Below the pieces are notes generated by a model. The model saw only the letters and a list, made by a program, of their open reading frames with translations, did not search any database and was not told the origin of the DNA. Of a DNA stretch of 64,000 nt, positions 21,580-35,491 are shown one piece after another. A program made the position numbers and the translations under genes. This DNA comes from Narcine bancroftii (taxonomy: Eukaryota), in the NCBI RefSeq assembly GCF_036971445.1, contig NC_091473.1, positions 40,114,001-40,178,000 on the forward strand, read 5' to 3'. Positions within the stretch are counted from its first letter, which is position 1. The number at the start of each line of letters is the position of its first letter.

Positions 21580-24500
21580 ATTTTTAAAAAAATTTTATTT
21601 ATTTGTTCAAAAAACAAATAATATATGACATATACAGCAATTAAACATGAACATGAACATTTTATATATATATATATAAAAAGAGAACCCCCCCCCCCTT
21701 CAGCCAACTCTCCTAAGGAGAGCCATAAAAAAAAGAAAAAAGAAAGGATATTCAAAAAAGTTAAATATACATATTAAAATCTAATCAATATAAATATTCC
21801 GAATATAACAGCCACTTATTAATAAAACATTATAATTATCATGCAAAACATACGTAATTTTTTCCATTATTAAACAATATTTCATCTCATTATGCCATCT
21901 ATTAATATTAATCATATTTGTATCTTTCCACATACGAGCAACACATTTTTTCGCTACGGATAAAGCTAAATATACAAAAGCAAGCTGAAACTTTTTTAAT
22001 CCCAAGCCTTTCAGAGGTTGCAAACTACCCAATAAAAATACTGTTGGATCTAAAACTATTTTAATCTTATACAGACATTCTAAAACCGATTGAATTTTCT
22101 TCCAAAAAGATTGTATATCTAGACCGTATCACCACATCTAAAACACAAATCTGATTCATTAAAACCATATTTTTTTAATTTTTCAGGTGTCAAATATAAT
22201 TGATGTGAAAAATTATAATTAATCATTGCATAATGTGCATTTATCAATCTAGTTACACTATCATAACAGATATCTAACCAATCCTCTTCAGAAAAAAATA
22301 AAACCAATATCCGCTTCCCATTTAATTTTAGATCTATCCCAAACTTTTTTATCCATACCATCCTGCAATATTTGATACATAAATGAAATATAACCCTTCT
22401 CTGGTACCTTCATAAGAAAAGTCTCAAATTTAGTCATTTTATGTAAAATAATCTCTCTACCAAACATACATTTTACCAAAGATCGAATTTGATAATAAAG
22501 AATACTTATCAATACCAAAATCTTCCCTCATCTGATTAAAAGATAAAAACTTACCCTCTTTAAAACAATCTCCCAAATTTTTCACACCTTTAAATCTCCA
22601 ATGCAATAAACTTTGATTATGTATTGAAAAAGAAATAAGTTGATTATTATACAATGGAGTCAAAGCCAATAATTTACCCCTAGAACCTATCATTTTATTT
22701 TTCTTTATCCATAACTTCATTAAATGTTTTAGTATAGGCACATTATATTGATGTAACAAATTTATATTCCACCTAAACAAAAATTGATGTATTTCAAATT
22801 CAGAAATACTTGCCATCTGAATTTTAGCCCAACTAGGAGGCCGTACCAAATCCATCAATGAACTAATAAATTTAAGTTGGGTTGCCTCATAATAATTTTG
22901 AAAATGTGGTAAACGTAATCCCCCTAACTCATATTTCCAAGTTAATTTATTCAAAGCTAATCTCGAAAATTTACCCCTCCATAAAAACTCCCTAACCATT
23001 TTATTCAAATCTCGAAAAAAAATTTTATCAAGTAAATACGGAATAGATTGAAACAAATATTGTATACGCGGAAAGATATTCATCTTAATTGTATTTATCC
23101 TTCCCATTAAATTAATAGGTAAATCTTTCCATTTAATCAAATCAGTTTTAATTTTTTTCATTAATGGAGCATAATTTAATTTATATAAAGATTGATAATT
23201 AACATTCAAAATTATACCCAGATATTTAATTCGATCAGTCCACTTCAAATTAATTATATTCTTATAAACTGAATAATCTCCTTCACTTACCGGTAATATT
23301 TCACTTTTTTCCCAATTAACTTTATATCCAGAAAGATTGTCAAAATCTATTAATCAAACTAATCACTTGCAAAATATTATCTGAAGCATATCTATTCTTT
23401 ATATAACCTGTTTGATCAATATGAATCAACATTGGTAAAAATTTAGCCAATCTATTCGCTAATATTTTAGCTATTATTTTATAATCTACATTTAACAATG
23501 AGATTGGTCTATATGAAGATACCTTCAAAGGATCTCTTTTTTTTTTTAGGAATTGCTGTAATTAAAGCACTAGAACAAGATTCAGGTAAATAATAATGTT
23601 CTCCAACTTGACATAACACATCCCCAAACACTATAGATAAATCATCATAAAAAATGTTATCAAATTCAACCGAAAATCCATCATCACCAGGCGATTTACC
23701 ATTCGGCATTTCCAGCATAGCCATTTTAATTTCCGAATCAGTAAATGATTCTTCTAACTCCTGTATATCTCCATCCTCTAATATCAATAAATTCAACTGT
23801 GATAAAAAAAGATCAATCGATCCAGTTTCCTGATTTCCTTCAGGTGTATATAACTTTTTATAAAATGAATAAAATTCATCATTAATTTCACGAGGTTTAT
23901 AAATAATAAGAGAATTTCGTCTAACAGCATTAATAGTCCTCGATATTTGTTCTTTCTTTAATTGCCATCCAATTCCTCCTCATTCATAATACCGTTGTTT
24001 AGTCCTATTAATCACACATTCAGATTGATAAGATTGGAAAGTATTATATTTCAGTTTCAGCCTAGATAATTCTATTTTCTGATCTTCTGTAGCTTCTTTC
24101 TGAAATTCCTTTTCTAACTCACATATCTGTTTCTCTAATTCAAGACTCTGATTTAATCGATTCTTTTTTATTTTTGAAGTATAACTAATTATTTGTCCTC
24201 TCAAATAGGCTTTCATAGCATCCCATAATACAAACTTACTTTGAACAGATTTAGAAATTTCTTTAAAAAAAATTAATTTGTTTTTTCAAAAAATCAATAA
24301 ATTCCATATTTTTTAACAACATTGTATTAAATCTCCAACGATAAGCTATTTGAATTTTCTCAGAAGTTTCATATGTAAAATATAACAGAGAATGATCTGA
24401 AATCACCCTACTTTTAAATTCCACTTCTTGTATTTTCCCTTGTAAATGTGCCGATACTAAAAAGAAGTCAATCCTTGAAAATGATTCATGTCTAGATGAA

Positions 24501-26796
24501 TAAAAGGAAAAACCTTTCTCTGTCGGATTAAGACGTCTCCAAATATCTACTAAATTAAGATCTTTCATCAACGCTTGGACCTGGTTTGCCATCTTGGATT
24601 TTTTTAAGTAAAATCACCACCAACTAAAATATTATCATCAGCTTGACCCAAACATAAAAATGCATCCAAAAATAAATACTTCATCATCTGCGTTTGGAGC
24701 ATAAATATTAAGAAAAGTCCAAAATTCACTAAAAATATTACAGTTCAATTTAAGAATACATCCTGCCTTTTCCTCCATTGATTGTAATTCAAAAGATAAA
24801 TTTTTATGTATCAAAATTGCAACACCTTTAGCTCTAGAATTAAATGAAGAATATACATGCCCAACCCAATCCCTTTTTAATTTCATGCTTTCCTTCACAT
24901 TCAAATGTGTTTCTTGTAAAAAGGCAATATCAATTTTCATTTTCTTAATATACACCAAGACTCGCTTACGTTTAATCGTACTATTTAATCCTTGAACATT
25001 AAAAGTAGCAAACCTCAACTTTGACATATCTACTATTATCACTATATCTTTATATAAAAACTCAAATCAATGTATATAGGCCCTCCAATAAAAAAAATCA
25101 CAAATTAAAAACTAAGAAAAAAGTAAAAATAAAATAAGATAATAAAGAAGAAAAAAATCCCCCCCCCCAAAAAAAAACTACAAAAAGGTAGTACTCCCCT
25201 AAACAAAAATTGAGTGTGGATCACCCACCAGTGGCTGATGACTAGTAAAGAACTTAGAGCAAATCTCTCCCTCCCCAGCCAAACAATCAGTAACATCAAA
25301 GTATCATAATAACAAGGAAAAAATAAAATAAGAAAATTCTTCTTTTCATCCAAAAGACTCCAATCTCGAAGATCCCATTTTGGAAGGAGGCAGACTCCTT
25401 CCATTCCCATTTTTCCCATTTCTGCCATTTCTTCCGTTTCCAGAGCTACCAAATTTTTCTTTGGGAGATAATGGTGGACTACGTCTTTGTCCTCTTATAT
25501 CTGACAATGAGTCAGCAAAAATCATTGCTTCACAGTCAGATTCAAAAAACCGAAATTGATAGTCTCCGTAAAACACCTTCAACACTGAAGGGTAACAAAA
25601 AGTAGACTTATAAACTTTACACCACAAAACTTCTTTAACTGGATTGAATCGACATCAACATTGAGTGACATCTTGACTCAGATCTGGATAAAAAAAGACT
25701 CTGCTATTCTGAATCAATAATGGGGCTTGTCGTTGTCTCGCATTTTGTACTGCAAGTTGAAGTATTGCTTCTCTATCCAAATAACTCAGACATCGAATTA
25801 TTACCGGTCTTGGGGGTTGACCAGCTGAGGGTATTCTTCTTAAAGCTCTATGGGCTCTTTCCAGTGCCAATCCCCCGAGGAAAAATTCTTGCCCTAATAT
25901 TTGCGGAATCCAGTCTTTAAAAAAAACGAAGAGGATCTTGTCCTTCTATACCTTCTGGCAAACCAATAATTTTCACATTATTCCTTCTGCTTTGATTTTC
26001 CAAATAATCTATTTTTCTTTCTAGATCCTTCTCACAATCTCCTAATTCTATGACTGATTTTTCCACCTTCAACACTTTTTCTGTGTTAGAAGTCACTTGT
26101 TGTTTACAGTCCAAAAAAGCAGTCTGAAATTTTTTTTAAACTTCATAAGATGCAATCACACGTGCCTTAACCATATTTAATTCTGAACTTATACCAGCAT
26201 TCATTTGAGCCATTTCATTCATTAGAGATGTCAACAAAGGTTGAATATCTGCATTCAATTGCATACATTGTGAATCAGTAAATCTCAGCTCTGCTCTCTC
26301 TGACATGGTGGCAGCTCCTGCTGCAATTCAACAGAAGGCATTTTAAAGTCTTAATATGGGTCTGGGCTCCCAGCGACAGCACCCTGACTTCCTCAGGGAG
26401 TCGTCGCTGGTCTCCCCCCGCATCTTGTTATTTTCTCATCAAACCTTCTTCTGGAGAAAGGGTAATTCCAGCGCCATCCTTCATTTGGTGAATAATAGAT
26501 TTTTTTTCAGCCCCCATAGGCGATCTTTGGGATTTAAGCAATGAAGAAATTGAGCCTGGGGCTGTTTCAAGTCATCTAGGCCCCAGATCTTCAACACTTC
26601 GAAAATGTATCTTCTTTTGAACTTGAGGTTTAGTCTTTTTACCATTAGTGGCCATAATAATTCCTTAATACTTTAAACTAAAATTTAAAAAATTTAAACT
26701 TGAAAACAAAGGGGTAAAAAACGGGTATTTAAAAGTCTGGCCAGAGAGGTCGAGATTGCACGTCTAGACTCTATGCCACCTTGCCACGCCCCCGTC
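21580..26796 (-). mobile_element. Near full-length L1/Tx1-type LINE with TSD and an internal RT deletion
   Basis: ORF1 (LENQSRRNNVKIIGLPEG, LERAHR), EN (FLQETHL, SRIDFFL, SDHS), RT start (YRPISLLNVDYKI) and RT end (IKYLGI). CAAATAATTT at 21570-21579 and 26797-26806. Confidence 0.9.
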
Positions 26797-27231
26797 CAAA
26801 TAATTTCTAAAAAATGTTAAGATTGAGTTGGTTTTAATTTATCCAGAGAGAATACATTTCCTGGCACTTATTTTCAAAGTTCAAGTTTTAATAATGTAAG
26901 CTATTAGGTAGAATCAAATATCCAATTAATGCTTTCATGAAAGGAGAGAATTTTTGAGAAACTAAAAAAAAGCCTTACTGTACAATCTGTAGTATCTGCT
27001 GTATTTTACTAAGATCTTCATTTGGTTTGAATGTTATAGACTTTGGCTTATTATTACTGTGTGCATATTAGTTTATGTTTATTATCATCTAACTGTACAT
27101 GTACAACCAGAAGAAACAGCATTTTTCCTAACCACAGTGCACACACGTACACACATAAAACTACATATAGGCATAAAGATATGATTTTTTAAAAATTAAA
27201 TATATATTTTTTAAAATTACATTTAAAAAAA

Positions 27232-27410
27232 CCTTAGACATGCAGTATGGTAACAGGCCATTTCGGCCAACAAGCCTGTGCTGCCAAATTACACCCAATA
27301 AACCGACAACCCCTGGTACATTTGAAATAGTGGGAGGAAACTAGAGCCACCGTGGAAAACCCACACAGACACGGGGAGAACGAACCAACTGCTTACAGAC
27401 AGTGCAGGAT
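27232..27410 (-). mobile_element. V-SINE/HE1-like SINE
   Basis: GGGAGGAAACTAGAGCC...AAACCCACACAGACACGGGGAGAAC. Confidence 0.7.
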
Positions 27411-29164
27411 CCAGAAATTTATGACTATAGTAGTAAAAGAGACTTAAGTTATTCCTTGCCTAAGTTCTCCCAACAGAGAAACTGCAGCAAAGATAGTAGA
27501 CTTTATGAAATACAGTCGATTCACTCCTTCACTACCATAATAATTAAATACCAATGTGCCCTCCCAAGTTCAGTCTCCAACTGAGGACAGAATATTGAAG
27601 ACATCGGAGGGGAAGAATGGATAAAGGCAGTCTTACCAATACTAGAGCAGAGTTGCATTTTTGCATATTTTTAGTGTTCATTCTTAGAATGTGGATGTCA
27701 TCTGTAAAACTAAGGTTCATTAAGGCGACCTGCTGAGTTTCTGCAGCATGCTTGTGCATTGTATTTTTCATTGAATTGAGCTGCCTTTATAGAATATCTG
27801 AAGGCCATATGGTAGGTAGGTCCTCTCTAAGGATTGCAGACGCATGAACGATTGCACGATGCTGAAATCTGGAGCAAAAACAATCTTTTGGAAGAACTAG
27901 ACAGGTTGAACTGCAAAAGTGAGGGAAAAAGAATGGTTCATGTTTTGAGTCTGATTTTTTTTTTATCCACCAGTGGGTTGTTCTTTTTCTCCCTCTCTGA
28001 GGATTATTGGATTAAGAATTCCAACAATAAGCAAGATTGAAGGAAAGACAAGGTGAAGGGTGAACAAATCTTAGCTTCTAATACTGCCCACACCAAATTT
28101 GATTAGTGGTCATGTGCTTCGGAACTAAGTGGGTTTCAAGCTCTCATGACCTAGTCACAAAATGCAGGACAAATGCAGGATCATGATCATCAACACCCCC
28201 ACCTTATCCATTTAATTGAATCAAATTGGTCATCATTGTCCCATGCACTGAGATACGGTGAAGAACTTTGTTTAAGGCATATGCTATCAGTCCATTCATA
28301 AGTACAACAGGTAGTGAAAAACAATACATAAGTGATAATCAGGGAGATCAGTTGAATAGTTTTTGTGACTTGCAGCAGTGATAATGATAGAGGGATGAAA
28401 TAACTTCCAGTAGAAATCCTCTTCGTTTACACCTGACAGCTCAAGATAAGAATTTTGAGAAATCAAAGCTATGGATTTTAAAATAAAAACCTGAGATGTA
28501 TTTCATATATGGAGTGACCTCGCTACGATTGTTTTCCATTGGTTTTAAAGTATGATGCAGCTGATATCTGTGGAATTGTTTAATTTTTGATGGAAATGTT
28601 TTTGAATTGGAAGATAAATCATGTAATTGGAATTTAAAATTCACATCCCACCTCCCTGAAGATTTTCAAGATTTTAAACACCAGGGATTACAATATTATT
28701 AATTTCCTTCCAAGTTTCCTAACCTGACTACAAGTTGTGTATCGAACAAAATATTTCCTTATATTTTAAAACTATTATGGGTGTGAAGTGGAGATAAATC
28801 ATACAATAGTTTGTAATTAGAAGAAAACCATGCCCCAAATCACAGCCAATTTTCCACTGACTAAAAAGGTATAAAAATGAGGGAACCACCAGAAAAGACT
28901 GTGAGTGGACATTTTTCACATGGATTTTTTTTTACTAGGCTAATGCTACATCAGATGAAAGGTGAATAAATATTCAAATTCTTGTATTAACGGTGTTGTG
29001 TACATTTATGAACTAAGAATTCAATGAGGAACATAATAACATATTATGCAAAGAGCCCCTGAACTTGCTCTCCCGTTCAGTAGAAGATTGGCTGACCCTG
29101 TATCTCAAGCTTGCTTCATCACCTAAATCTTAAATCTCGTTGCGCCCAAAAGTCTTTTCAGTCA

Positions 29165-29520
29165 ACTTAGAACACAGAGCAATACACCACAGCACAGATC
29201 CAATACCCCATGTTATCATGCCAACCTACATCAAGCTAATCCTTCCCTTCCGCACACTTATAGCCCTCTGTTTTTCTTACATCCATGTGCTTATGTAAGT
29301 CTTTTAAATGTCCCTTTTGTACCAGCTTCCACTACCATCCTTGTTAATACATTCTACTCTCTGTGCAAAAATAAATAAATGAACTCTGACATCTCCCTTA
29401 AACCTTCCTCCACTCACCTTAAACAGATGCCCTCTGGCATTTGCTTTTGTTGCCCCAGGAAAAAGTTTATTTCCAACATTGAATATATTTAGCCACTGAG
29501 AATTTGCAGCCCTTTGAGGC
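29165..29520 (-). mobile_element. CR1 3' end fragment
   Basis: Minus ORF ARGHLFKVSGGRFKGDVR, similar to the CR1 end at 17140-17300. Confidence 0.7.
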
Positions 29521-29671
29521 AGTATATTGTTACAGCACACTTTTTATACTTCCAGTTAAAATTTGTCAATGTGCATTCATATTTCATTGAAATTTCTTTA
29601 AAGAAAGATACTTTCTTTACAAAATTGTCTGTACCCTTCATTCTGTCTAAATGTGATTACTTCTGTTTCAG

Positions 29672-29857
29672 GGTTTTTATGTTGAAGTTGCAAATCCTTT
29701 GCTTTTGGATGTTGAATTGCTGTATGTAGAGAATGAAATTTCAGAACTAACAGAAGCTCATTTTAAGCAGTATTATGGTGGATCTGAAATTGTGGTAGCT
29801 GGCAAGATATCAAACAACAGCCTGGATGTATTCATGATTCAAATTACAGCACAAACT
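29672..29857 (+). CDS. ITIH3: ITIH3-like gene 1 exon
   Basis: cag|GGT...ACT|gtaag. GFYVEVANPLLLDVELLYVENEISELTEAHFKQYYGGSEIVVAGKISNNSLDVFMIQITAQT. Confidence 0.92.
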
Positions 29858-30827
29858 GTAAGTCCACAAATTCTGTACAATGTTCCTTTACTCGTTGCAA
29901 TACACTTGCATTTCAGACAATGGATTATAAAGCAGGGCACAACTAAATTGCTACCAAATATTCCTAAAATTATTATTTATGTTTTGGTAACATCACAATT
30001 AAAAATAATAGTCAGTGAGCTAAAATAGCTCAAGACTTGATTACCTTTTCTAAATTGCCGTAACAGCCATTAATGTACAATTATGGCAGCTGTTTTAGAC
30101 ACAAGGTTCATTAAATGCAATATAAAGAATTAAACAAAGAATTGCTTTCTACGGTTTTGATTGAGATTGGTCTCTTTAAACTTGTGCCTTGAGATCTCTA
30201 TTTTAATTCTCATCCATATAATTCCTAAAATTGTAAAATGACCCAATAAAATTCACACAGGAATAAAATGGACATTGGGCCTGCATGATGCATCAGAAAA
30301 GTTGAACAGCTTTGAAAGTACCTTTAGATGCTACATAAAAGAGGTCAGAAGGGATATATAATGAGTTCTAGGAATTACACCTGCACTGATGATTGAAAGG
30401 AAAAAGGAAAGGAAACCTGGCCTGTATTGTGGAAATATAAGCTTGAGACAAGGCACAGCTTCTCATTCAAAGATGACTGTATTGCCCACAAAGCCTTTTA
30501 ATTTGGTTGATGTTTTGTGTCTTACTTAACTTTTGTCATTATCTTGCCTTCTTCATTCCTGCTTCTTTGAACACTCTTGCCCATTTTTCTTAGCCTTCCT
30601 AGTGAAAAAAAATGAACTGTGTTCTGCAAGGTGGCTTGGGTAATTACCACAATGAAGTATTACATTGACACAGAGTCATATATTTGTTTTTGTTTATATT
30701 TCCCATAATTGTAGGAGTATGAGAGTTTCATTCATTTAAGTGGCACCTTTTCAGGTCTCAAATCTGCTTTGAAATTCAGTAACTCCTTTCAGATGGAAAA
30801 ATGCCACCACCTGCATTTAAGTGAATA

Positions 30828-31033
30828 AGGTATACCCCACTTTACGAAACAAGAGGATTCTTACGAAGCCTTTCATAAGCCGAAATGGCGTGAAGCAAAG
30901 ACCCATTCATTACTATTGAAGGTTATTTTCGTAAAAGTGAAAACACATTCAGAACCTTTCGTGAAAGCGAACACAGGTTTCTTTGTAAAAGCAAATTTTC
31001 GTAAAGCAAGTATTCGTAAAACTGGGTATACCC
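30828..31033. mobile_element. Tigger-like MITE
   Basis: GGTATACCCCACTTTACGAA ... TTCGTAAAACTGGGTATACC inverted ends. Related to 39173-39577. Confidence 0.6.
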
Positions 31034-31392
31034 ATCAGTCAGAATGTTTTCCATGTAGGAAACAATATATCAATACAAATAACTTCTTACAATAGAATAG
31101 TGGAATCTAAGAAACATTTAGAAAAGACAAATGGTGCCTCAATTTAATATATTTTGGGATCATCTTTCAAATCATTGAGATATGTCTAATTGTCTGTTTA
31201 ACGTTGAAGCAATCATAAATTAGAAAAGCCACATTTCTACTAAATAATCCAAGATAGCTACCAGTTCATGCATTTCCACCGATCACCTTGCAACAATAGA
31301 GTTTATGTACATGGTCTTCTCAAGAACAAAATGGTTTAGCATCTTGAATTGATATCTTCAGCACAAGTCATGATTATGTAATTTCCTTGCAG

Positions 31393-31532
31393 GCTAGCAG
31401 TAGTTTATCTCTTGAAGGCAAAGTCAACATTTCAGAGGCAGAGAACATTCTTGAACATCAGCGATATGTTTTTGGCGAATTCACTGAGAGATTGTGGGCT
31501 TATTTGATGATTCAACAGCTCCTAAAACGAAG
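31393..31532 (+). CDS. ITIH3: ITIH3-like gene 1 exon
   Basis: cag|GCT...AG|gtaaa. ASSSLSLEGKVNISEAENILEHQRYVFGEFTERLWAYLMIQQLLKR. Confidence 0.92.
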
Positions 31533-31711
31533 GTAAAAAGAGAAAAGTATTTATATATGCATAATTGGCCATTGAGGATCAGCAAGATAATTTCATATTT
31601 GAAAATAATTCTGAGCATTTTTGCACCCGTTAACATGGGTATATTTCTCCATTATGTTTTGGATGCATGATGAAGTCCTCATTTGAGTGGTTCCTTTCAA
31701 TAACACTGGGC

Positions 31712-33548
31712 TGTGGCGGTACGCCATTAGGCAGGCGAACCGGCCCCACTTGTCACGCATGCGGCGGGGCAGCCGGCCAAAATGGTGCTGTTGGGGGATT
31801 CCTCCCGACCTCGGCCCTTGGGGACCCACGTGATGCCCTGGTGATGTCGAGGCCCCCCAGCGCAGTTCTCAGCCAGGTCCAGGCTGGGAGTATAAGACCA
31901 GCCAGGCAGCCTGCAATAAATCAGTTTTGCTCACTGAACTCAACTCGTCTGGTTGTGCGATCCTTCAGTTAGCAGTGTAGCCGTCGCTACAATTGGTGAC
32001 TCCGACAGGTTCAAACAACTTTGAACCCAACATGAACGACCCTTCGATCAACGCTATAGCCATCAAGCTTCCTGACTTCTGGGTTCAGGAGCCGGAGACC
32101 TGGTTCAGCCACGCAGAGGCTCAGTTTCACCTCACCCAGATTTCATCGGATTCGACCAAGTTTTACCATGTGGTTGCTGCCCTGGACCAGGCCACTGCCA
32201 AACAAGTGCTGCACCTCGTTCAGCACCCACCCGCAGAAAAAAAGTACAGGACCATCAAGCTCACCGACTCCCTTGGCCTCTCCAGGCACCAGCATGCTGC
32301 TCGGATGCTGTGCCTCAACGCCTTGGGGACAGAACTCCAATTGAATTGATGGAAGAGATGCTCGCACTCATGGGTGATCACACCAACTGCCCACTCTTCG
32401 AGCGCATTTTCCTCAACCATCTGCCTGAAGACATCCGGCCGTTACTGTCCCAGGAGAGCTTCATCGACCCGAGGAAGGTCGCTCAAAAGGCTCAGGAGCT
32501 ATGGGTCAAATGATTCCCGGAGGGCTCAGCAGTCCAGCAGGTTACAAGTCATGGGCATGACCACGCCAAGCCTTCCTCTAGTGCTGTGGCGGAATACCCA
32601 GCCCCTGCAGGGGCCTCAAAGAGCATAGCCAGAAGCAAGTCATCCACTTCAAACCTCTGCTTCTTCCACCAGCACTGGGGAGCCAAGGCTCAGAAGTGTT
32701 GTCAGCCCTGCTCATTCCAGGGAAACGAGCAGGCCAACCGCTGTTAATGGCTGTGGCAGCTGGCCAAGAACACAGCCTTTTCTACCTGCGGGATTCAGTC
32801 AGCGGCCGACGCTTCCTCATCAATGCCGGGGCCCATATCAGCATTATCCCGGCCACAGCCATCGAGTCCCGGAATTGACCTTGAGGACCTCCCCTCCATG
32901 CAGCCAATTCGACGGAAATCCAAACATGTGGAGACAAGACCGTCCACTTCCAGATCGGCCAGCGGAAGTTCTCGTGGAGGTTCACCGTTTTGTCCCTTCC
33001 AACCGCAATCCTGAGTCAACTTCCTCCTCGCCCACAGACTCCTGGTCGACATTTGAGATAGGCGACTGGTAGATGCCCGTACCTTCCAATCCGTTCGCCT
33101 CAATGCCTCCCGCACAAAGCAGCTGCAGACGGCCACGGTCAGCACGCCCAAGGACGAGTTTCACCATATCCTGGACGAGTTCCCATCCCTCCTCAAGCCG
33201 CAGTTCTCTGCCGCCTCACCATGCCATGGGGTGTTTCATTACATCCCCACCCAAGGCCTGCCGTTCCACGCCAAAGCATGCCGACTTCCGCCAGATAAGC
33301 TCCAGATAGCGAAGGAAGAGTTCTCGCATATGCAGGAGCTGGGGATCATTCGACACTAATGATCAATCCGACTAAGTGCCAGTTCGGGAAAGAGTCCATG
33401 CAGTTTCTGGGCCATACCATCATGGCCGAAGAAGCCACACCTGCCGCTACGAAGGTCACTGCAATCAGGGAGTTCCCACATCTGGATAACCTCAAGGGGC
33501 TACAGGAGTTCGCGGGTATGGTCAATTTCTATAACCACTTCATTCAGG
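31712..33548 (+). mobile_element. Gypsy LTR retrotransposon, CsRn1-clade-like (5' LTR, PBS, gag, protease, deleted RT), 3'-truncated
   Basis: LTR TGT...ACA at 31712-31991 with TATAA and AATAAA. PBS TGGTGACTCCGAC (tRNA-Trp-like). Gag KLPDFW...WFSHAEAQF with CFFHQHWGAKAQKCCQPC. Protease FLINAGAHISII. RT end KCQFG...FLGH. Confidence 0.85.
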
Positions 33549-33599
33549 CTGAGTTAACTCCCCTTTGGAGTTTATTCTAGTCCTGAGAGTTGGCACCTC

Positions 33600-34619
33600 T
33601 GTTATGAGCCCAAAGGACCTCAAAACCCAGCAGCAATAGACATTCACCAAGACCAGTGGTTTTCAAAACAAAAGTTATTTTTAATCAACTTTAAACATGA
33701 AAATAGAATCAAACTTTAACTTAACTCTATAGTTTTACTTAACTATACTCTATACTAACCCAAATCAACCCCCTTCTAATTCTAAGCGCACGTGTATGCA
33801 ATGTGTGTGCAAATTCAAGAAAAGTTCTTTGGTTCACAGTTCAATCTCACTTCTTCCAAGTTCTTTGGATGGAGGCAACTCTTACACTGTGCACAGAATT
33901 TAACATGTATAAAGTTTACCAGGCTTTGGCACTTGAAAGGTAAATGTTTACCACTCAGAAGGTTCTTGTAGGGTTTGCAGAGAGATTTTTGTTGTTCCAG
34001 TATTTTCACAACTGAAATACCACCATTAGTCACCTCAAGGTCTCGCTGATGAAACTTGCCCCATCAGGGTTTTCCAGATGGTAACCTCTTCCTCCAGGCC
34101 ATCACAAAGCTCCACTCTGTTCCTCTTATTACAAGAGAAACATCAGTCAGATAGCATTTCCAGCCATCCACTGCTTTGGAACTTTTCATCAGTTCTTCCT
34201 GGATTGCAGTGTTCAGTGTCCCAACACACTGACTGAGAGAGATTGTGACCTCTCTCTTTTTCTCTTTCTCTCTCTCCAACTGAAACTTCTAGAAAAAGCA
34301 TGTGACTCATGTGACTTGCACCTTCTCCAGCAAACAACAGGAGTTCTTCCTTCTTCAAGTTGTTATCTTAAGTATAAACAAAACCCAGGTGTGACCTTTC
34401 TGTGAGCACTTTGCAGAAAGGATTCTTGTAGTCAACCTGACTCCAGCATTTTATGAGCCATTTCCATTAGCACCTACTTGTGAAATGTGCATAACATTTT
34501 CCAGAGATCCTGCCATGTGAATTCTTCAGTCTTTCAAATAAGATCTGTTTTAAAATGTGCATATGTATGTAACCTACTTTAAATTTTACCAAATTCCCCA
34601 AAATATTATAATAATTACA
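33600..34619 (-). mobile_element. Solo LTR (about 1 kb) with 4-bp TSD, splitting a Rex1-type fragment
   Basis: TGTTA...TTACA ends with CCTC on both sides. Reverse-complement similarity to 51828-52825. Confidence 0.85.
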
Positions 34620-34960
34620 CCTCCATACCAGGTAGTGATGCAGGTAGCCAGAATGCTCTCCACGGTACACCTGAGGAAGTTTACGAGAGTCTTTGGTGTC
34701 CTACCGAACCTCTTCAGACACCTCACAAAGTATAGCCGCTTGTGAACCTTCTTTGTGATGTATCAACATGAAAGCTCCAGGAATGTTCCTCATAGATTTT
34801 GAACCCAGAAATTTGAAGTTTTTGACCCTCACCACTACTGAGCCCTTGATGAGGGCTGGGTTGTGTTCTCCTGACTTCCTCTTGAAGTCCACAATCATCT
34901 CCTTGGTTTTGCTGATGTTGAGCCCAAGGTTATTGTCATTACACCATTCAACGAGCTTAT
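34620..34960 (-). mobile_element. Rex1-type LINE fragment (continues at 33549-33599)
   Basis: Minus ORF WCNDNNLGLNISKTKEMIVDF...FKFLG. Confidence 0.75.
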
Positions 34961-35277
34961 AACCTGCTCCCATTAGAAGATACCTTGTGAACCAGGGGTC
35001 ACAGATCCCAAGTGCTAAATTTGAGGAATGTAAGGAAAAGATCTTTTATGAGTCATTAAGGTTTTTCAAAAGGGAACTAGATAGGTACTTGAGGGAATAT
35101 ATGCAGGGGTGTGAGGGGGGGGGTGTTTGAGGAATGTATATGGATGGATGGGGCTGGAAAAGAATTGAGTCATAAAGGGAAGTATTTGGAAAGAATTTGG
35201 TGGAAAAATTGGAGGAGAAAATATATAACTATTTGCCAAAATGGTTAATAAATTTTACAACCTGCTTCTATATTTAG

Positions 35278-35438
35278 AGTTTTAGCAGAATCAGAAGAAA
35301 AGAGAAGACTAGAAGACAAAGCCTTGGAACTTTCGCTGAAGTACAACTTTGTAACACCTCTCACATCAATGATTGTCACTAAACCAGAGGAGAACAAAGT
35401 GGATAGAATCCTCATGGCTGACAAAACCCCAGGAACTG
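35278..35438 (+). CDS. ITIH3: ITIH3-like gene 1 exon
   Basis: tag|A...G|gtaat. [53 protein letters not shown]. Confidence 0.92.
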
Positions 35439-35491
35439 GTAATCTCTGATTCAATTTCGCTGGTTTGAATTGCTCCTTTAATAGTCTATCT

